Source: Octopus vulgaris | Taxonomy: Eukaryota | Direction of reading: 5' to 3' | DNA length: 64,000 bases | NCBI GenBank assembly: GCA_951406725.2 | Contig: OX597815.1 | Coordinates: 57,598,001 to 57,662,000 of the forward strand | Shown here: one piece after another, positions 56,736-64,000 of the stretch | Numbering within the stretch: the first letter of the stretch is position 1 | Layout of the letters: every line of letters starts with the position of its first letter | Made by a program: the position numbers and the translations under genes | Notes under the pieces: generated by a model | Database searches by the model: none | Seen by the model: the letters and a program-made list of their open reading frames with translations, nothing else | Told to the model about the DNA's origin: nothing

Positions 56736-58505
56736 GTTAATCCAAACATGAAAACACAAAGAGAAAACACAACGCGAGGACGTGGAACAAATATAGTATT
56801 ATTGGACGTTCAGGAAGGAAGGGAAGAAGGAGGGTTTAACGTTTCGAGTGGAGCTCTTCATCAGAAACATAGGAAAAAGAAAGATCCAGAGAAGGGAAGA
56901 CGGAGGAAAAAAAATCGCCAACGGTACACACGCGGTCACATTTTGAATGACTGGAGGGGAATGGGTGAAGGAAAGTTCTTTCAAAGACAGGAGAGTGCAA
57001 GAGGAGGTATGTGTGTGGATATGTGCGTATGCACAGGTCTGTGTGTGTGTATGTATGTGTGTGTTCGTGTGTGTAAGCGTAGAGTTTGTGTGTGTGGCGA
57101 ATAACTGCTTTACTTTGTGTATGTGTGCGTGTGTGCTTGTACGTGCGTATGCGTGTACACATGTATGTATAATTGTGTGCGTGTATGTATAATTGTGTGC
57201 TGTGTGTATGGGATGTATGTGTGGGTTCATTTGTGTGTGTGTGTGTATGTATGTGCGTGCATGTGTGTGTGTAAATGTATGTGGGTGTATATATGTGTAT
57301 CCGTGGGGTTGTGAGTGTTAGGTGTGTGTATGTCTGCACATGTTTTTGTGTGCGTGTGTGTGTGTCTGTGTCTATATGTATATATGTATGTGTATGTGTG
57401 TGTGCGCATGTAGGCATATATTATGTGTATGTAGATGTATAGGTGTGTGTATGGGGGGGGGGTGGAGTTGTGTAGGCGTAATGTGCATGCGTGTGCTTAC
57501 GCACGTGTATGTGCATGTGTGTCTGTGCCCATGTGTGTATAATTGTGTGTGTATCTGTATGAGTATTGTTTGTTGGAGGTATATGTGGGAATCTGTGCTG
57601 GTGTATGCATGTGTATGTACATGTGTATATATGTGTGTGCATGTATTATGTGCATATGTATGTGCGTGTATGTGTATGTGCGTGTGTGTATGTGCGTGCG
57701 TGTGTATATGTGCGTGTGAACGTGGAGACGTGTGTCAGGTTGTGTGTGTGTGTGTGTGAACGTGGAGATGTGTGTCAGGTTGTGTTCATTTTATTGTGTG
57801 TACGCACGTGTCCTTGAGTATGTGCATGTATGTGGTTGTGTGTATGTTTATGTGAGTGTGTCTAAAGATATGTGTGTCTGTGTGTGCGTGGGGTTGGGTG
57901 AGATAGGTTTCTGTGCATTCCTGTGTGTTTGTGTATGTGTGTGTGTGCGCATGGGTGTGTGTATATGTGTATGTATGCGTGTGTGTATGTGTGTGGAAGT
58001 ATGTGTGCGTATATGAGCATGTATGTATGTTGTATGTGTGTGGTGTGTGGGAGGTATATGTGTGTTCGTGGATACGTATGTGTTCGTGTATAAAAACAAT
58101 AATAAACGACAAAAAACAAAAAATTATAAAACAATAAAATAAAAGGAAGTTGATCCAATATAAAAGACGTAATTGCACGTAAGGAAAGAAAATGATAAAA
58201 AGAGAAGAGAAGAAAGAAGAAATAAAGTTGCTTGTTGGGGGAGGTGTAGAGGCAGTCACTAAGAAGAGGGGATGTGTTAAGTCCATGCAGGATATTAGTC
58301 CGTAAATTGAATATATATCGTTGTTCCAGGTGAAGCCTGGATTGTGGAGGTCCGTTGTGTGGGGCGAGACCAAACACAGAGATGTCAATGGGGGGGGGGC
58401 CAAGCAGAAGTGACAGGTGACGGGAGAGTTGGAACGTAGCCGATGTTCGGTGAACCGGTCGGTCAGTCGGCAGCCCGTCTGTCCTACATAAAGCATCCCA
58501 CAGAG
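56736..58505 (-). mobile_element. 5'-truncated Neptune-like PLE: GIY-YIG, CA-rich tract, hammerhead, end GTTTGGATTAA
   Basis: LCGMLYVGQTGCRLTDRFTEH...SPVTCHF and RLHLEQRYIFNLRTNILHGLN; flanked by (TA)n at both ends. Confidence 0.8.
56834..56868 (-). ncRNA. Minimal type I hammerhead ribozyme motif
   Basis: GUUU-CUGAUGA-A-GAG-CUCCA-CUC-GAAA-CG-UU^AAAC; helix III reduced to the palindrome ACGU. Confidence 0.75.
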
Positions 58506-58506
58506 G

Positions 58507-58593
<87 letters not shown>

Positions 58594-58595
<2 letters not shown>

Positions 58596-61500
58596 ACCTG
58601 TGTCAGTTGGGTAGAAAGGGCTCCTTAGCCGTAGTGAAGGCAATCTGTCTAGGGAGATAACCTTACAATAAATCACTTGGTCCGTAGCTTAGAAATACTG
58701 GGTTGACGTCCAGCGGGAACAGCTTTGTTTCATGGAGGAGGAAAGATCTACTTTAGTGCTTGGTTGTACAATGCTTTCCAATGTGTGTAGTAGCCATTTG
58801 AAAAGACTATGGAATTTGCAATTAACTGCACCAGGGTTCCTCTTCCCCAGGGAACCAGACTTAATGGTATACCTGGATGTAGGTCCAGCCCCTACTTGGC
58901 CAGGTCTTGTCTCTGATCACGTTGCACCTCCAAGGGCATCCAATGACGGTGATGCCCTCAATCTTAACAGATGGGTATCACCTGATGGAGAAGAGTCAGC
59001 TCCCAAACAAACATCTCATCAGCTGTAAAAATCATACGATATTCAGCACTTTCAATGCCCGCACCCTCGGTCCTCTCGGCTGTTTAGAAGAACTTGGTGC
59101 AAATGCAGAATCACACATCATTGATATAATAGCTGTCCAAGAACACCGATTCTACCACTCTGACGATATCCTCAAATACCATCAAGTCGGATTTTATCAA
59201 TTTGTAACCTCCTCAGCATCAAAGAATACTGTTAATTCAATAGTTGGAGGTATCGGCTTTCTACTTTCATCAAAAGCTAGTGACACTCTCTTGAGTATAG
59301 AGTCAATCTCACCCAGAATTATGGTGCTTGAGATAGATGGAAATCTGAAAACAACATTGGTATGTGTGTAAAAAAGCTAAGCCTCACCCGATGAAAACGA
59401 TCGACTGGAAGGAAGTCTCGTCTAACCCCAATATGTCCAAGCAATTTACTATTGAGGTCTATAACAAATTTCAATCTTTGTCTATTTCTGAAATAGATGC
59501 TGAGAACATTGAAGAAGTTTACAGTAGCCTCATCAAATCAACACAGGAAGTAGCACTGCTACTCTTCCCAAAAAGAAGAGTAGGGGCCAGAGCAAACCTT
59601 ATAATTCTCCAAATGTTATCAAAGCCAGAAACCATCTAAAGTCTATATCACTAGCTTACCACCGTTCTCCATCCCAGTCACTGAAGATCTAACTCATAAC
59701 TGCCAAGAAGAATCTTGATGATGCTTACTTGAACGCCGAGGCCGACTTTATCAACGGCAAAATTAGCAAACTATCCAAAGAGCACATTAGTAAAAAACAC
59801 CATCTTGCCTGGAAATCCATAAAAAACCTATCAGGCAAAAATTCTGGGTCATCAATTAGAATCAAAGGGGGATCAGCAAAGAAGCGTTTAGAAAATTGGT
59901 CAACTCATTTTAAAAACCTTCTTGGAAAGAATGCCAAAATCCCTGATAACCCCACTCTTCCAAGTGTGCCTATATCAGATACGCTGGACATCAACACCTC
60001 CCCTTTTACCATATTTGAACTAACAGCAGCCACTAAACAACTGAAAGCCTCGAAAGCATCTGGTCCCTGATAACCCCACTCTTCCAAGTGTGCCTATATC
60101 AGATATGCTGGACATCAACACCTCCCCTTTTACCATATTTGAACTAACAGCAGCCACTAAACAACTGAAAGCCTCGAAAGCATTTGGTCCCAACAACATC
60201 CCAGCTATAATTTGGAAGGATGATAGATTTCACGTACTTTTGCTCAATCTTTGCAATTACACACTTTCCACTTTTATAGCTCCAAAGATTTGGCACCAAT
60301 CTCAAATCATCCCAATACCCCAAAAAGTCGATGTATCCCTCGTCACCAACTACAGGGGTATATCTCTAATGTCAATTGCTGCAAAATTGTACAACAAACT
60401 GATTCTAAACCGTCTCGTCCCTTTTGTTGAACCTTTGCTCTGAAAGAACCAAAATGGATTCAGACATGGGTGCTCAACGTTGAGCCAAATACTATACCTA
60501 CGCAGACTTATTGAAGAATCAAAAGCATTTAATCACGATCTTGCAATGGTGTTTGTAGACTTTTCTAAGGCGTTCGACTCTGTAGATAGGTACAAGATGT
60601 TTGAAATCCTTAAGCTCTATGGGATCCCAGACAAAATCATTTCTGCCATCAAGGTCCTCTACACAGATATGTCTTCAACTATCTTAACCCCTGATGGGGA
60701 AACATCATCTTTATCAATCAAAGCCGGAATACTGCAGGGAGACACACTCGCCCCATTTCTCTTCATCATTGTCATTGACTATGTGCTACGTATGTCAGTT
60801 GATACCATTTCTGGTAAGGGCTTTGAAATAAAACCTAGAAGAAGTTCCTGACACCCAGCTGAATACTTAACAGACACTGACGACATCGATCTTATCAGTG
60901 ATTCTCTCTCCGATGCCCAGTCTCTTTTACAATCTCTTAAACAAGCCTCAAATTGTGTAGGTCTTTACCTCAATAAGTCCAAGACTGAATGTGTAAACAA
61001 GTGCCTGTCCAACAGTGATTTCATCATCCATACTCTCAACAATATGCTCTTAAATATGGTTTCTGATTACAAATATCTTGGGTCATACATATCATCATCT
61101 GAAAATGATTTTCTAACTAGAAAGGGTATGGCCTGGTCAGCCTGTAATGATATGCATAAGATCTGGTCATCAAATTCAAACTTAAAATCTTCAAAGCCAC
61201 AGTCGAACCAATTCTACTATACGGCTCAGAAACCTGGACGTTATCAAAGAAGTTTGAGAGGCGGTTGGATGGAACTTACACTCGCCTCCTTATGAAAGCT
61301 CAAAATCTCTCGTGGAAGTGTCATCCAACCAAAGTACAAATATATGGGAAACTACCACCTGTATCATCTCTTGTGAAAAGTAGAAGAGTCCAGTTTGCTG
61401 GACATTGTTGTAGAGCTGAAAACAAGGTAATTTCTACTCTTCTCCTCTGGAATCCATCTGCTTGCGATACCAGAGGGCGCACACTTTCCTACCCTGATGT

Positions 61501-61621
61501 AATCTCCAGGAATACAGGCATCCAGCAACAGGACCTCCGTAATGCTATGATGGACCGTGAAGTCTGGCGTAACATAGTAAATTCCATTGTCTCGACCATG
61601 GTCAAACAATGATGATGATGA
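58594..61621 (+). mobile_element. RTE-group LINE (family B), probably with both ends, internally rearranged
   Basis: FSTFNARTL, IAVQEHR, GGIGFLL (APE); NYRGISL, VDFSKAFDSV, GILQGDTLAPFLF, YKYLGS (RT); (GAT)n tail. Deletion at ~59370 and 124-bp tandem duplication at 59941/60065. Confidence 0.88.
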
Positions 61622-61630
61622 TATATATAT

Positions 61631-61920
61631 ATCAGTTGAATTCAGTTACAACACAGTTTGGTGTTCCCATTTTTTATTATTGTATTTAAAAAAATTTTTT
61701 TACAATGTTGAAGTGTGTTAAACATTAAAAAAATATTGACTAGTCAATACATTTTGAAATCTGATGATTACTACAAACATATGAAAGTGCTAATTTAACT
61801 TTATGAACATTACTAAATATTTTTTTAATGTTTAACACACTTCAACATTGTAAAAAAAATTTTTTAATGCAAATATAATAAATGTGAAACCAGGCCATGT
61901 TGTAACTTTGTTCAACTGAT
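61631..61920. mobile_element. Inverted-repeat element (~105-bp arms) enclosing a degenerate hammerhead (61757-61796)
   Basis: atcagttgaa...tacaatgttgaagtgtgttaaacattaaaaaaatatt and its reverse complement; spacer AAAU-CUGAUGA-..-GAAA-GUGC-UA^AUUU with poor helix II. Confidence 0.6.
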
Positions 61921-62289
61921 GCATTATTCTATAAACATTTACACAAATTTGGAAAATATATATATATGTTGGACTCTCCCATCAGTTTTGTCCGACAACG
62001 TACTCTTTCTTTGTGAGCCATAATGCTTATGTCAAATGTGACATTTAAGTCCCTCCAATGATTTGCCAGGAATGTTGCAGATGTTGTAAGTATGAGAATT
62101 ACAGATCAGTGCAAGTGGTATATTTGTAGCCACTTTTCTCCTTTGCCTTGCACCCCGAAACCTGTTAATGCTGGTTGCAACAAAGTTTCTAATACCATTT
62201 TGACACAACAATCTCCATTTTGTTCATTCCAAGGCTGTTCACTCAACGGTGTTGTAAACTATCTTCATTTCTAAGAGGTTACTCTTCAG

Positions 62290-62730
62290 CTTGTCCATAT
62301 ATCTGAATCATGATCGACCAACATTCCTGTGCCCACTCTCAAGCTGGATGTACATGAGGTATTTTTTCATCACTCATTCTGAAGATATGGCCAATTCTGT
62401 GATTGCATATGGAAGCTCTCAATTCCACTAATCTTACATTTGCTAAACAAGTCAACATTAGAAACTCTGTCTTTTAGTGAATAACCGCAGATTATCCTCA
62501 GACAGCCTTTGTGGAAGATGTCTCGTTGGTTAATGTGTCTTCTATATGGTATCCACGATTCTGAGCCATACAAGAGAGTAGTAAAAATGGCAGTTTTATA
62601 GACCTGTACTTTAGTGTCAAGTTCGATGCCCCTTTCATTCCATAGGTGATGATGGAGTTTGCCAAATGCATTGGTTGCCTTTGCAAGATGATTGATGATT
62701 TCATCATCAAGGGAAGTGCTGTTCTGTTGG
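62290..62730 (-). mobile_element. RTE-BovB-like LINE C-terminal fragment
   Basis: SLDDEIINHLAKATNAFGKL...TKVQVYK...TLLYGSESW...FHKGCLRII. Confidence 0.75.
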
Positions 62731-64000
62731 TTCTTCATTTGTCTTAATATTTTACATATTTTTCATATATATTTTACATATATTTCGTGAAGTTTTTCTG
62801 TGTTTACATTCGTTGCAATGAATGCCTTTCAGTTTAAACCCAGGTCAGGCCAGAATGAGCAATTCTGTATTTTTACTGAAAATGTAAGACAACATTATTT
62901 AATGTGTCCTTCATTTTAAAAATGTTAGCATAATGTGAGGGAGATTTGGCTGTTATTTCTAGCAAATTGAACAACCACACAGAGTACCTCATTGGCTGAT
63001 GTGTATAAGTAAACAAAAACTAAAGGAAATGGCTCTTCATCTGTTTCTAGGATGATCATTCCAGTTGTATGATCAATTGAACTGGTTACACATTCAACTG
63101 GTACTTATTTTATCAACCTGCAAAGGATGAATGGCTAAGTCAACCTAGGTGGAATTTGAACTCAGAATGTAAAGCATTTTGCCCAGTGTGCTAATGATTC
63201 TGTCAGCTTGTAGTCTTATGGTTACACATTATATTAATATATAACTGACCGAGTATACCACGGCACATGTACCCACAATATAATCCACAAGTAGATACAT
63301 TACAACCCAGTGTGACATGGCTAGGCCTTTTAATTACAGGTCCAGGATCTAATTATAATGTTATTTGGCTGAGTATTCCATAAATTTATGTGGCCTTAAT
63401 GTAATTCTGGGACAGAATCAGTGTGACACATGATGGACATAGCCAGAGTTTCAATTGAATGTTTCTCAACTATTGAGAAAAATACATTATTTGCTGAATA
63501 AATTGTGGAAAATCACGACAAAATTAAACTAAATATCAGATGAATAATTCTATTGACAGGGAGCAGTGGGTTGCTGTGGGTCACAGGTTTCTTCATTTCT
63601 CCTTATTGGTTACATATCTGGTGTGAGACTAGGTTGGCTCTTTAAATTAGTTGTACTTCATTTGGCAGGGTTCCACACAGTTTCTATTTAACCAGTTTTA
63701 CTCCCAATGCTTTGGCCACCTGACAGATTTACTACTACATCACTCACAGACGTGCGCCATCCTCTGATGCCCTGACATTATGTGATCCTCTCTTTGCCAT
63801 TTCTACTGCTACTATATGTTGGACTCTCCCATCAGTTTTGTCCGACAACGTACTCTTTCTTGCAGCTAGTTGAGCTCACCTCACCTCCTCTCAAATGTTC
63901 CCATCTCACTTGCTTCTTCTCTTCTCATCATCCCTCTAATGTCCACCCCACCCCCACCCCCACCTACAAGGCCTCATATTTATCACTATGCTCAGTCTTT

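Noticed and set aside
58594-58730. HDV-like ribozyme at the RTE 5' end
   Set aside because: GGC-UCCUUA-GCC resembles P3/L3, but I could not build P1 and P2.

Overview
Repeat-saturated eukaryotic genomic DNA, most likely an octopus/cephalopod (inferred from the RTE, CR1 and tRNA-SINE families and the extreme (TA)n content). The only host gene I can support is the 3' end of a diacylglycerol kinase epsilon (DGKE)-like gene on the + strand: three GT-AG exons at 29897-30033, 39809-39920 and 42471-42584 (stop), with consistent phases. The rest is intron or downstream DNA filled with a near-intact CR1-type LINE, several RTE LINE families (one with a PHD finger inside the RT), R4/Dong-like and mariner remnants, SINEs and microsatellites, including a perfect 1.13 kb (CAGG)n. 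The main non-obvious signal is a dense, diverse set of Penelope-type minimal hammerhead ribozyme motifs, about 8 well formed plus several decayed. Most lie next to (TA)n tracts and several sit in fold-back palindromes. They include a G3-C8 core-swapped variant and variants with very large helix-II insertions. The RTE 3' UTR also carries a tandem array of putative H-type pseudoknots. Most long ORFs in the ORF track are microsatellite artefacts. All RNA structures were folded by eye and none has been tested.
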